DNA of 64,000 bases, taken from the NCBI RefSeq assembly GCF_009914755.1, contig NC_060933.1; one strand, written 5' to 3'. Shown one piece after another: positions 1-12,944 of the stretch. The notes beneath the pieces are model-generated. The model saw nothing but the letters and a program-made list of their open reading frames with translations. It was not told the origin of the DNA and ran no database searches. This DNA comes from the human T2T-CHM13v2.0 reference genome, Homo sapiens. Made by a program: the position numbers and the translations under genes. Each line of letters begins with the position of its first letter. The stretch's first letter is position 1.

Positions 1-1313
1 TTTAGCTATTTCTTTAGATGGCTAGCTTCAAAGAATTTTTTCTCTAGGTCAAAATTTATTAACTCAAATAATTATAAAAATAAAAGTAAGCCACAAATAT
101 CCCTGTTAAGTGGTTAAAGCTTGAGCTTTGTAAGCAGGGAGTCCTGAGTTTAGTCCTGTTTCCCTCAATTATTAGCTCTATGACCATTAAGTCACTTAAC
201 CTCTCAGTCTGTTTTCTCACTAGTAATGACTGTTTCACATTTTATTGCAGTATTGTGAAGAGATGATGGATACATAAATGCCATTTAGCAGAATAAAAAG
301 CATTTTTGAAATTACAGTAAACCAAATATATCTGAAATTACCTCATTTTTGTGATATAAAGATGATATGAAACTGGTAAGGGAAAGTCTAACCCCTGCAA
401 CCACAAAGGAAAATTATTTACTAACTCACTGAAATCTTGATTGAAACCATGAAGAGTTTGTGTGAATGTATATAAGTCAAATGCATGTTTTCCCTATACA
501 GATAAAACCAGGATTTTCTTGTGGTGATTTACCCAGTTTACCTGGTTATAACTATAATGGCATTGCATATTGTGAAAGAATATCAAAACCTGAGATTCCA
601 TTTATTCACTCACTTATTAAACATATATAAGACATCTACCCTTTATTATTATTAGCAATACTTAATATGAGTAATGAATGCAAAGAAAATCAGTCATGAA
701 TTTTGTAGTCAAGTAGCTTGTGGTCTGGCTGCAGAGATGATAAGGTATGTAAACAAATAATAAAAAATACAAGAGAGTAAGATAAATGGTAACAGGATAG
801 AAATGGAGTGCCAAGTGTTTGAGTAAAGACTGCTGAGAAGATCTGGTTGCTGAAGGGCCTTAAAAGTAAAGGGAATATCGTGAACAAAGGTACAAGATTA
901 GGATGAAGAGTGAGAAGTTGGTGCCAGAAGTTAAAACCACCCCAGAATGAGGGGACATTAAAGAAATTCAAAGGTCTAAAGTGGTTAAGTAATAATTCAA
1001 ATGGTTCTTTTTTTTTCTGCCCTAGTTTATATGACTTACTGCCAACAGTACCCATGGCTCAGTGAGGCTTCATACTTATAGAGGTGGTAGGGTATGAATC
1101 AGAATCTCCTTAGAGTCCTGAGGGTGGAGGGCAAAGGCATAGTTTGAAAATGCATACCCTCTTCGGTATTCTAATATCTCTCCTGATGGGGAATCACTGA
1201 TTGACATTGTCTCAGAAATACATTTTCTGTCCTTTAAAAATTCTGAAATAATATCAAATTTTTCTCCCCTCAGAAGCCTACGCCAAATAAGTGCTGTAAT
1301 CTTAGTACAACTT

Positions 1314-1690
1314 TGTAGTACAGTCAGACTCATTTGTTGATGTCTGACTGGCTGAGTTTTTAAAACCTATTATTCCCCCTTCCGCCCCATATCTGGACAT
1401 GCCAGTAAGAAAGCTCAAATGCTTCCACCTTTGTGCCTGGTGGAAGTTCAAACCACCTAAGAATCCTCACTGCAGCCCTACCTCCAAGCCACTAGGAAAA
1501 GCCAGGCTCCTCTACTTTCCCTGCTCAAGCCATTTCTGGACCTGCTTGAGAACTCGCTGCTCTCTGTAAAAGCCTCGTGTGAGTGATAAACCTTTTCATA
1601 TCTATTTGGTCCTAATGTAACATCAGTCCTAACACCTAAACCAAGTTTTGGGTAAGGGGTTCAACCTCTCCTCTGTGGGATGACTAAACA
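1314..1690 (+). mobile_element. 5' LTR, ERVL class (LTR53/MER54/MER74-group-like; family tentative)
   Basis: TG...CA termini (tgtagtac...ctaaaca); aligns by eye with 4998-5413. Confidence 0.75.
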
Positions 1691-1918
1691 CTTTATGCAA
1701 CAAGCAGAGGGTCTAGGAGATGACCACTACCACTGCAGGGCTCTCCTCTTGCTTTAGTTTGCTAACTGACTCTTGCTGGCTAGAATTTTTTTTTTTTTTT
1801 TTTTTTTGTCACTGCTGGCAAGCTCATGCTTTGTGCTGTGCTGCTTTGTACTGCGTTCACTGAGCCTTACCAAGCTTCTGTTATAGATGTGCTCAGCTAA
1901 GTTGGAATTTTTGATAAT

Positions 1919-1970
1919 TGGCATTTAAGAACAAGAATAAAGTGGCATTTAAGAACAAGATTAAAGTGGC
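1919..1970 (+). repeat. 24-bp tandem duplication in the ERV leader
   Basis: tggcatttaagaacaagaataaag / tggcatttaagaacaagattaaag / tggc (1 mismatch). Confidence 0.9.
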
Positions 1971-3149
1971 CCTGGGTCATGTGTCTTGGTCGAGACTTAC
2001 CTGTGTCTCTGAATTGTGTTTCTGGATCCCAGTGTCAGCTGTGACTGTCACGAGGCTCAGAGGAATGACTCTTACCCTGTGACTTTTGGTTGTTTATCTC
2101 AACCAGGTGTTGCCCTCATTGTATGGCGTACTCAAAAGAAACAGTCATACCCTATGCAATATGCAGGCTGGTTGGTAGTCACTCATGGACGAAGACCATG
2201 TTGAATGCTATGGTGCACACTCCCAAAAGCAGATGGTTTACTAGGACTTTACAAAATGCCTTTCTTCCTACTTCTGCCTATGCCCTATGCCACTATGCCC
2301 CCTGACCAAAAAAAAAAAAAAAAAAAAAAAAAAATTCCTGATCCTAAGGGTTATAGGGAAAAGCATCCATGCTATAGCCAAGGAGTTCTTTCAAAGCCAA
2401 CTTAAGCACTGGGTCCTCAAACCCTATAAAGCAACTGTTGGCACGGGAGAGAACCTAATCCTGATTATATGTATTTGCAACTCTGGAGGAAGAATCTTAC
2501 ACATATGAGCAGGATCGAGAGGACCTTCCCTCCTCCCCAACCCCTCCCCACACCACCACCAAATGATATACGGTAGCCACCAAAAGGAAAATAAAATAAA
2601 CTTGGATACTGGGGGAAAGAAACAAAAAACTAAAACAGAGGTTCACAATTTGACCCAATTGGAAATCCAAAATTAAAGAATTTATGCAACAACAACAAAA
2701 CAAGATAAAAGGTTACTATTTGGCTTTTGTACCTCTACAACCTAGGTTCCGAATTAACTTTTAACATTTGCTGAAATGCACCAGTTGTCAACCCTTCATA
2801 GCCTTAATATTGGGCTTCAAATTATACCTGGAATTCCCCTAAATTTAAACAAAGTACCCCTATAATCTTAGGGTAGTTAACTGAGGATATTTTAGGACAT
2901 GTTAGGAAGACAAATAGATATGCCTCATCTTAATCAGAACTATTGCCCTGCCTAAATTCCCCCATAGCCATAGCACCCATTAACTTAAAATATCCCATAG
3001 TGGGCATGGATGCTCTAACCCAATGAGTAATAAATTAAAATTGAATTAAGTCTTTGGCACTTACAAATCAGCTTGCCAAAATGGGACGGCATGGACCTTC
3101 CCCTCCTCCGTTAGTTAAAATAGTTAATATGGCCCAATTTAAATTAAAA

Positions 3150-3725
3150 CAGAGTCTTTGAGGTTTGAAACCCATATACCAGACCTATTTGGAGAAGAGT
3201 GACTATCCCCACTGCTTCACCATTAATGGCCCAATGTAGCCTGTTCAGAAACCTAGAAAGAATGAATGGCATCTCACAGTAGATTATTGCCATGTTAATG
3301 CTGAAGTTCTATCCAATAAGGCTCCCATATCAAATATTATCAAAATTACTAACTTTAATCAACAACTGGTAAATACTTTTAATTCATAGATTTGGCTAAT
3401 ATTTTAGCAGCGACTCAGCCACAATTTGCCTTCACCATCAAAGGGATGCAGTATCCTTTTACTCAGCTACTCATGGGATAACAACAGCCAGGTCTTCACA
3501 CAGCCTGCAGACAAGATCTTGACCACATTTAACTTTCTTCAGGAGCACAGTAAACACTGATCATACTGATCACATCATCCTCCAAGAAGGTTCATTTGGC
3601 ACACTCACTGAGGACACATATAGTCATAATCATAAAAGAGCTCACGAAAAAGGGATGGACCACTACCCCACACAAATTACCAAGTCCTTCCACCTTGGAT
3701 AAATTCCTGAAAGCTATTTAGCTGA
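3150..3725 (+). pseudogene. ERVL pol reverse-transcriptase remnant (frameshifts and stops)
   Basis: Reads IPTASP/NGPM*PVQKPRKNEWHLTVDYCHVNA (3205-3303), IDLANI (about 3385), QPQFAFTIKGMQYPFTQLLMG (3416-3478), a decayed YxDD region HTDHIIL (about 3562) and GWTTTPHKLPSPSTLDKFL (about 3652). These match ERV-L RT motifs in the correct order. Confidence 0.88.
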
Positions 3726-4782
3726 GGGCCATTCTATCCCTGACACTTGCCAGAAACAGCATTCGCAATTTTTTTAAAAGCCCAATATGTTTTAGTCTAT
3801 TTTGAGTTCTGGAGACAGCATATTTCTCATTTACAAATTTTACTTAAACCCGTTTATACTATTACTTAAGCTCACTTATGAATTATAATACAGGCACTGC
3901 AATTAGTGACCCCTGAGAGTCCTTTACTTAAAGGCTTTAGCAACCTCCTCCCATGATTCCTGAAGTCTCTGGCCCACACTTGATGGCCCTAAGTTGCCCA
4001 CAGGCATCTTGTGCCATAAACTGTCCCTTCAGCCCCATGCTATATGCCATTAGAGTGCAATTGCTGGCTGCATATTGGACTCTCCTGGAAACAGGCTGGT
4101 TGTCACCGGCCCTCAGCCTGTGACTCTCCATACCAGCTGCCCATTATCCCTTGGGTCTTGAAATCACACCCTAAAAGTTCAACATAGCCACTGAGGTTTC
4201 CTTGCTGTAGCATAGAGCCAAACCTGGCATATTTCACCTATAGGAAAAAGTCTCCCACCACCACCCTCAGCCCCTTGCTAAATACCATGGTGCTGGTAAA
4301 AGTCATCCCCCTTCCCAGACCCTTTGGATATCTGTGGAAGCCCTTGCAATCAACAGAGTGAAGAGTAAAGGGAGTTTCTCCACTTTATAGATGGTATCAC
4401 TACCATTGTATGTGATGGAGCTTGCTGGAAAGTTCCTGATTTTTAGCCCATAACTGGGACATCCCTGATAATGAAACAGGACCCAAGTCAGCACAACTGG
4501 CCAAACTTTATGCGGTCCTTTTAGCACTGAATACCCTGACCAACATCTGCACAGTTCTATAGACTGTTGAACCACTGCCAGTGATTTGCTCATCTGCTCC
4601 AGCCAATAGCAGCAAAAACAGTTTTCTATCCAAGGTTGCCTCTTTGGGTTAAATAACTCTGTGACTCTCTTGCCTCATATATATATACTTATACTCAAAG
4701 TATAAGTCAAGGTCATTTCTACTCACAATAAATCCACAATAAAAGGCCTCATTAACACTTTAACCCCTTCAGTAGTCTAGAA

Positions 4783-4923
4783 ATTATTGATAGTGACTAA
4801 GGCATTCATTTCACATCTCAAAATACATAATATTGGGCTCTTGTACAAGGCATTTAATGGAACTTTCACCTCCCTTACCAGCCTCAGGCTGCAGGCCTCA
4901 TAGAAAGCCATAATGGTTTATTT
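4783..4923 (+). pseudogene. ERVL integrase catalytic-core remnant
   Basis: Reads IIDSD*GIHFTSQNT*YWALVQGI*WNFHLPYQPQAAGLIESHNGLF, matching the SDQGxHF...PxxPxAAGLIERxNG DDE core. Confidence 0.88.
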
Positions 4924-4997
4924 TACCTAAACAAGTTCAAGTTCAATTAAATGAAACATGCCACATTTCAGTCATCAGTCAAATATCAGGGATGAAT

Positions 4998-5413
4998 CGT
5001 AATAAAGATTCTGACTCCATTTTTGGTACTTGACTGCTAACAACTTTCAAATTCTTCTACTTACTCCCTCTTCTTCAGCTTCACATCTGGGAAAACTGAT
5101 AGGGAAGCCTAGGTAGGCCTACCTTTGGTGCCAGAGGGAAGCTCAATCCATGCAAGCCCCAGATAATATATGAGAACCTCCCCAACCTTACCCTACACCC
5201 CTCACCTCCCAATCCAAGCCAGTCTCCTTTCCCTGCTTTCTCAAACCATGTTTGGACCTGTTTGGAAGCTCCCTCTGCTCTCCCTAGAAAGCTTCATTAT
5301 GTGAGTGATACATCTTTTCATATCTTCTTGGTGTGTGTGTGTGGTATCATCAGCCTCAACATCTGAAGCAAATGTTGGGTGGGGGTACATCCCACTACTT
5401 CTGAGTGACAACA
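4998..5413 (+). mobile_element. 3' LTR, ERVL class
   Basis: Starts (c)gtaataaagattctgactccattttt and ends gagtgacaaca; homologous to 1314-1690. Confidence 0.78.
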
Positions 5414-5469
5414 GATGTTTAGAGTTAAATATTGAAAGAAATTTCATATTACGATAAATGACAATTTCA

Positions 5470-5795
<326 letters not shown>

Positions 5796-6559
5796 GAAAA
5801 TTTTGTAAGTTCTGAGCAACCACATGAATAAAGCCATGTGTTTTGTGAAATGACGTTTAATATTTAAACTTAAAACTAGTAATAAATCTCTAAATCTCTC
5901 AGACCCCAAGATATGAAACTTGTTTGACACATTTAATGATTCTGTAAAAGTGTAAGAAATGAAGTTAAATGAAGAATGTCATGGCCTGAAAGGATGGAAA
6001 GGCATTAGACATGCATATTACCTTGCCTGATCCAAGACTCAGGGACTGGATATAGAAGAATGAAACTTCCATTAATTGATACACTGGAAGAAAGGCCACA
6101 TACAAATAGGCAAATATACCGTAGACCCTGCATAGAAGGCTAATTAGCTAAATGTAAGGTGCAAATGCTCAAGCAACAACCCTGAAAGTGTGTATTCCTC
6201 CTTTCTGCTCTGGCGACTATGCCTATTTATTCTCCTCAATGAAATGGGCATATTAACTCCAGCCTATTTAATATGTACTACAACTACTCTTCAATGCCCC
6301 ATAACATTTTACACAAGTAAAAGCTGCCTAAAAATGAGCAGCATAGTCAGCCTCTCTGAATGAAATAAAATGTCTCTAAATAAAATGTCAGAAATAATAC
6401 AAGGTATGGCAGCAGGAAAGTAGCTTAAGAAAACAAATTGCAAAAGGGAACATTTATTTTTCTTCTGGACGATACCATCTTTTTCTATGACTTCAATCAT
6501 GTATGCAGCTACATACCAAACTGTATTTTTCATGTCTTACCTTCTTTTTGATCACCAGA

Positions 6560-7520
6560 TTGGTGTATACCCAGCTGCCCATTTTATATTGCCAGTTGTA
6601 TATACCTTAGGAATCTTAGACTCAGTATATTCAAAACTGAACTTGGCTCTACCATACCTGCTGCTCCTTTTTTATTTCACCTAAGGAACTCCAGCAGTCA
6701 CTCAGGCCCTTAAGTCAGAAAGCTTGGCACCATGTCTAATCATTTTCCTCACCTTTCACCTTCTACTGTCCCATCATGAAGTTCTCATCATTCTAGCCAC
6801 TTAATATTTTTCACATACATTAATTTTTTTTCTGAATCCTCATGGCTGCTAAATTTTAAGCTATTATTTTTCTCCTTGAAACACTACTACAACTCCCTAA
6901 CTGATCCTCCTAACTCTAATCTAGCATCTCACATATACTTCCTCCCATCCCAAGTCAAGCCCTATCCCACACTAGCCAGAGTCAAATTCTAAAATGCAAA
7001 TGCTAATGATAATATACAAAACCTTTAAATGACCTTTAAGTGCTCCTAGCAAAGGTACAACTTTCTTAACATGGTCTATACATCCCAGTGGGATTTGATT
7101 CCTGTCCATCTATCTTTCTAGGTTTATCTTACCACCACTTCCATCCCCTCTAGAGCTTTGCTCCATCCACAATTTCTTTTTTCTTATCTCAGGGACATTT
7201 TTGTACATGCTTTTCTTGCATCTTGGAACATTTACCTTCTCCATACCCACCTGTGTTGGCCTAAATCTTACCTTCTTCAAGTGTTCTGGAATGCCCTTTT
7301 GGATCCACCTTAACTGTTTTGAGCCAGGTGTTCATGCCACACTTTATATTTCTCCCTCTAGCATTTACATATTTCATGGTGATTTTTCTCATTAAATATC
7401 TTTTTCCAAGACTAAAATGAGCTCTCTGAAGGCAAGGCAATATTTAATTTACTGCTGCATCCATAGCATCTAGCACAGTACCTGAAACATAGTAGGCACT
7501 ATAATTGTTGCTGAATAAAA
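6560..7520 (+). mobile_element. L2 LINE 3' fragment (old, boundaries approximate)
   Basis: Ends in the typical L2 terminus ctagcacagtacctgaaacatagtaggcact...ttgttgctgaataaa. Confidence 0.65.
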
Positions 7521-8769
7521 CCAGAGGTCAGCTTAGCTCATATGTTGACATATGTGAGCACTCTGGGTCACAATTAGCATCAGCTGGTTATGCCACCTCC
7601 TGCTTCTCCTAGTACCTGCATCCCTGAATCATTAAGTCTAGCTGCAATAGAAAGTGGGGTATGGTTGAAAGGTGGGAGGAGTGGTTCCCTCTGATTTGCT
7701 TTTCCTTAGAGAATCTTCTCAACTGTAAAATAATTGAAAGTTGCGTTCCTTTCTAGACTCAACCCGAACTTTGTTTTGGTGCAATGTCACCATTGGAAGA
7801 GAAGGCTCAAAAATATACCTTTCATTGTGTGTTATATGAAATATATCTCAATAAAGCTGTTACGAACGTAAAAATGTGACCTTGAGCAAGTGAGTTTCCA
7901 CGTTAGGAAATGGAGATAATAAATGCCCAGCATACCTCCTGGCATGTAATGAATTCTCAGTACATGTCATGTGGACTTGGGAGTCAGACAGTCCTGAGAT
8001 GGAATCCTGTCTCTGCCTATTAGCAGCCATGTGACCTTTGGACACATGGCCTTTTGAATTGCCACTCAACACACTTCCTTGGATGGGGGAAGAAAGAGAG
8101 AGTACTAATCCTGTTTGAGTCCTAATATTATTAACTAATGGTTCTCTTTGGGCAATTATTTTTCTTCTCCATGGCACTCCATTTCCACCATCTATATTTG
8201 TTAAATTAAGGATCTTTCTAGTTGTAAACTTCAATGATTCTGGTGCCCCATACCCCGGAGACTTATTGAATCAAGATCTCCAAAAGGAGCCTTCTTTCTG
8301 GGCATCTGTGGAGTAGGAGGGAACAGCAAGGAAGACCCTAAAGACAAAGGACCCTAAAGAGGAAAGCCTGGGGCCTAGGGCTGGTACATCAGATGAAGAC
8401 AACTAAGGCCAGCTCCTACCCAATGTATCAATGGTGAAGTTGATCTCTAAGGCCCGTCTCAGAGCTGGCACTCTGACTCAGAGCCAAGGGGTTGCTAGGA
8501 AACAAGGGTCTAGAGCCTGCTGGTCAGCATCATGCAGGCTTACATCCTGCCGATCAATCTCCCTCTTTTTTCGCTCTTCCTGACTAAGTACTTCTAATTG
8601 TTGCAGGGAGAAGAGAAATGCCACACAAAGAGAACTTTGGGAGTGCCCACTTTGGCTAAGTAATAGTAAAATGTAAATGGTAAGAGAATCGGAGCATGAA
8701 AAGACAGAAGAAAGAGAAGGCATGAGAGAATACCATTTGCCAACTCTGTGCCTTTGGGTTGTATATCTT

Positions 8770-9100
8770 ACCCCTCACTCCCAAATCTCAGTTTACTTCC
8801 ATAAAGATACCAATTTTAGGAAGTTGTAGGGATTAAATGAAATTGTGCATGTGAAATGCCCAGCATATCTCCTGGCATGTAGTGAATTCTCAGTACATGG
8901 CATAAGGACTTGGAAGTCAGACAGCCCTAGGATGGAATCCTGGCTCTACCTTTTATTAGCCATGTAACCTTGAGCAGATAAGTTTTCACATTAGGAAGAT
9001 GGAAATAATAATTTGGACCTCACAGGGTTGTTATGAAGACAATATGAGATCATGTGATTAACTAACTCATAATAGGAACTCAACACATGTAAATCATTGT
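8770..9100 (+). mobile_element. Two tandem MIR fragments
   Basis: MIR core and ends: ctcagttt..., gattaaatga, ggacttggaagtcagacag, cctcacagggttgttatgaag. Confidence 0.65.
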
Positions 9101-9819
9101 TGCCCTTTCCTCTGTCACCTTCTCTTCCAACACACATATACGCACATATATACATTCTTCTAGAACAATATAAGCTTGGTGTTCAGCTGTGCAAACATGC
9201 TCCCATGTGCCCTACTGCTGAGCTCCAGGCTGTGCTATCTGACATTCTCACCTTCTATTCCCACCTCCAGGTTTAGGAAAAGCTCAAATTCAAAAGCTGA
9301 CAGATTAGCCAGGGAGAAACAGCCATGACATAGGAAGTCTGGCAGGAAGAAGACATATATCTTAGGCTGCTGTAGTCAGGACCAGAAAAGGCTGTATCAT
9401 TATGCCTTTTGCTTGAGAAAACTAACAGTAATAATAATCATTATTGGCTTAATTATGTCTCATGATAATAATGAATGATGATCATAATAGCATTTCCTCA
9501 GCATTTGTTATATGCCAGGTGCAGCAGTAATCACTTTACAAACATCAATTCATTTAAATCTCATAACAATACTGCAAGATAAGCATAATTATACCCATGT
9601 TAAAGATAAGAGAATTGAGTCCCAGGAACCTAAAAGACCTGACCTAAGTCACACATCTAGAGAATGGAACAGATGACACATAGCTTCTTATGTATGTTGC
9701 CATTTGTTGAAACTTACACCTGTCGGGAGGAGAATGCATCAATGACTGACTTGTGCTGAGTTCCTGCTATGAGCCACGTAATCACATGATCTCACATCAT
9801 CTGCATAAGAATCATGTGA

Positions 9820-10206
<387 letters not shown>

Positions 10207-12944
10207 TCACTTAATTTAAGGCATTGGAGATTCAGTCTTTTCTATTTGTGACAGTTCTCAGCTGTGGACAGAGGCAATGGAAGTGTCTCTAACTACTTGG
10301 GAGACTGAGGCCCAGTGACATTCAAAGGTCTAACAAAGAAGCCAATAGCATTCCCTAGGAGCACTGAGGGGATGCAGGTACTATATTGCTCCTAACTGGT
10401 CCAAGAGACTTCGCCATTCCTAAAGGTGCCAGGCCTTCCTACAAATCTAGCTTTGCATTGTTGTCTCCTTGCGTGGAGTCTCCTTCCTCCCCACCTTCCC
10501 AGTTGGCAAATGCCTACTCACCCTTAGGTTCCTGTTTAGACATCTTTTCCTCCAGGAAGACTTCCCAGTCCACCCTCAGTAGGTTAGGGGCCCATCTCTC
10601 AGCCTTGTTCCCTCCACTCCCCACCCTCCATACACATGCACACTTTATGCTTTCCTCTATCACAGCATTTATCAAATTATAAAGCATTTATTAAAAAAAT
10701 CTGTTCACCTATTAGTCTTTCCCATTTGACTGTGGGATCTTTGAGAGCAGGGACTGTGTCTCACTTGCCTTAGCCTCCTTAGCACCTCATATTAGGGGCT
10801 CAAGGAACTACTGTGGAATGATAGAGCGGTGAGAAAGGATAAAGGAAAGAAATGAGAGGCAGACAGGGAAGAACAGGGCCCCCTGGGGTGTGGTATCTGA
10901 AAGGACTGTCTGTGAGCAAGGCTCCTCTCAGGTTGGTAGGTTAGACCTGCTGATAATGACCAAGGGAAGGCAAAAACTTCAATGTATGTATCTGTATTCC
11001 CTCCAGGCCATTTTGTTCTCATTAAGGGGCTGAAGGCAGAGAGATAGCAAAAGCTCCACATTCATCTCCAGGGAAATTCCACATTCTTAGTGCCAGACTG
11101 CTGAGAGAAAAGGGTCCTATCTAACAATCCTGCTCCCTCAGGCCCTGCATCTCTGTCTGGGACTGTGACTGTGACAGGGGAATGAGTATGATTTTGCACC
11201 TGTTTGAATCAGAGTAACTAGTTTACAACAGTATCAATCTCTTGTCACTTCCCCTAGGAAGACGGAGAGTGGGGATGGTCTCCAGTGCTTTAGGTAATGA
11301 TGCACACACATATACCCCAAATAATATAATGAGCAGTCTGCCAATCAAAGACTCTGCCATTTATAAGTACATGGGAGGCTTTGGCAACAGGTAGTCTTTG
11401 AATTTGTTCTAAGTTTTCTGGAGAGGGAAGGCCAAACCATGTTTCTACCTGGTTATTAAATTTCTCCCTTCACCACTGCAATTTCTAATTGATTGCATAA
11501 AGCTGACCTCATCTTTCCCATCTGTAGAATGGGAATGGCTAACCAAGATAAGAATGGAAAACACCTTACACAAGTCACTATTTCTTACTGTCACACCCAT
11601 GACAGACATTGCTAAGTAATCACTGCATTCTTTTCCACTGAGCAGAGTCCTGGCCCAGAACCTCAATGCAGTATTCCAGGCAGTTGATTGCAATGGGCAC
11701 ATAAAGAAAAACTCAGGCCTGACTATGTGATTGCTAATGCCTCTTCCCACTCTGACTTTGTAAGGTTTGACTTTACTTTATAATGCAGCCCTGAAGCTAA
11801 GATTCAGAAGCAGATTATGCTGGGAGATACTGGTGGTAAAGAGAATATTTTCACCCCTGCTCAAGCTGAAGGTCTAAATTCCAAGTCTTAGCTTTCCTAA
11901 TTTCTTTTACCTGTGGATAAGAGAAACAACAGGAGAGCAAATGTTTACCTTTGGGTTTGATACCAACATCTAAAGAGTTCTCTGAGGCTGCTGTGGTATG
12001 ACTGAACCAACACCAACTCCGTGATTAATCAGCCTGGGTTCAAATCCCTGCTTTGCCAAATTCCCTGGTGTGAATCCTGACAAGTCACTTTCCCCTTCTG
12101 AGCCTCAGTTTCCTCAAGCATGAAATGCAGATAACAATGCTTGACTTACAGACTTTTTGTGAGGAGTAAACTGGATGAAATAATGTATGTGAAAGTGCTT
12201 TGTGTGATGCACTGCACTGAGCACATACAGAGGATTATTATTCTTGGTATGCACCAATAGGAAGAAGACTAGGGTGTTCCGTTCCAGATGGACTCAATCT
12301 AAACCGGGGAACAAATGCTTTTTTTTGGTAATTTCATCTTGTGGAAACGGCAGTCTCATGGGCCTATTTGTGTTTAATGAACCACATCCTGTATCGTCTT
12401 TTTGCATGGTTCTGAGGAGAAATACGTTGGCTCTGTCTTCTGGCGTGCTGTAGACTAGTGAGTGTCAAGCTCATATTTAACCTCCTCCAGTCTCTCTGCC
12501 TTCTGCAAGAAAACGCTTCCCTAGAGCTAGATTGATCCTACAAATAACTGCACAGAAGCTAAGGCACAAAGGGAGAGGAAAGGGATAGTTAGCCAACTCT
12601 CACCACCATGCTGGGACCCTACCATAGACAAATGCAGCCAGGCTGGGATTTTTCACCTAGGATAAAATTAAGGAGTTTAGATTCAGAGGTGACTGCCCTG
12701 GGGTCAAGCAGCTAGGAATCAGAAAAGCCAGGTTTATCTGAGTTCAAAGTCAGTGCTTTCAAATTTTCAACAAATTGCTTTTAATACATCAGTAGTCTTC
12801 ATCCTTTCTGGAGTCAGAGAACCCTTTGAGACTGCAAGAAAGCTATGGAGACTTTCATCCCAAATAAAACACAAATGCAGATGAACAACACTTTGCCTAT
12901 ACCACTAAGGCATTTATGACCCTCCCAGGCTCACTCAATCTCAC

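Larger units (their letters stand above)
1314..5413 (+). mobile_element. Degenerate, internally deleted ERVL-class provirus (LTR-internal-LTR)
   Basis: Two homologous LTRs (about 1314-1690 and 4998-5413) share blocks such as catctgg, tttccctgct..caa(g/a)ccat..tggacctg and tgtgagtgata..cttttcatatct. They flank RT and integrase remnants, with a purine-tract-like cagggatgaat before the 3' LTR. Confidence 0.88.

Noticed and set aside
1-1300. TRIM32, known to be nested antisense in an ASTN2 intron near these exons
   Set aside because: No RING/B-box/NHL coding sequence or long plus-strand ORF is in the window; the gene must lie outside it.
1691-1712. Primer-binding site and proviral TSD for the ERVL element
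   Set aside because: Too decayed to assign a tRNA, and the 5-bp flanks (aactt vs gatgt) do not match, so neither is reported.
2308-2334. Isolated A27 tract (and T-run at about 1787-1807) inside the ERV, possibly a tail-only retroinsertion
   Set aside because: No flanking target-site duplication; slippage expansion is more parsimonious.
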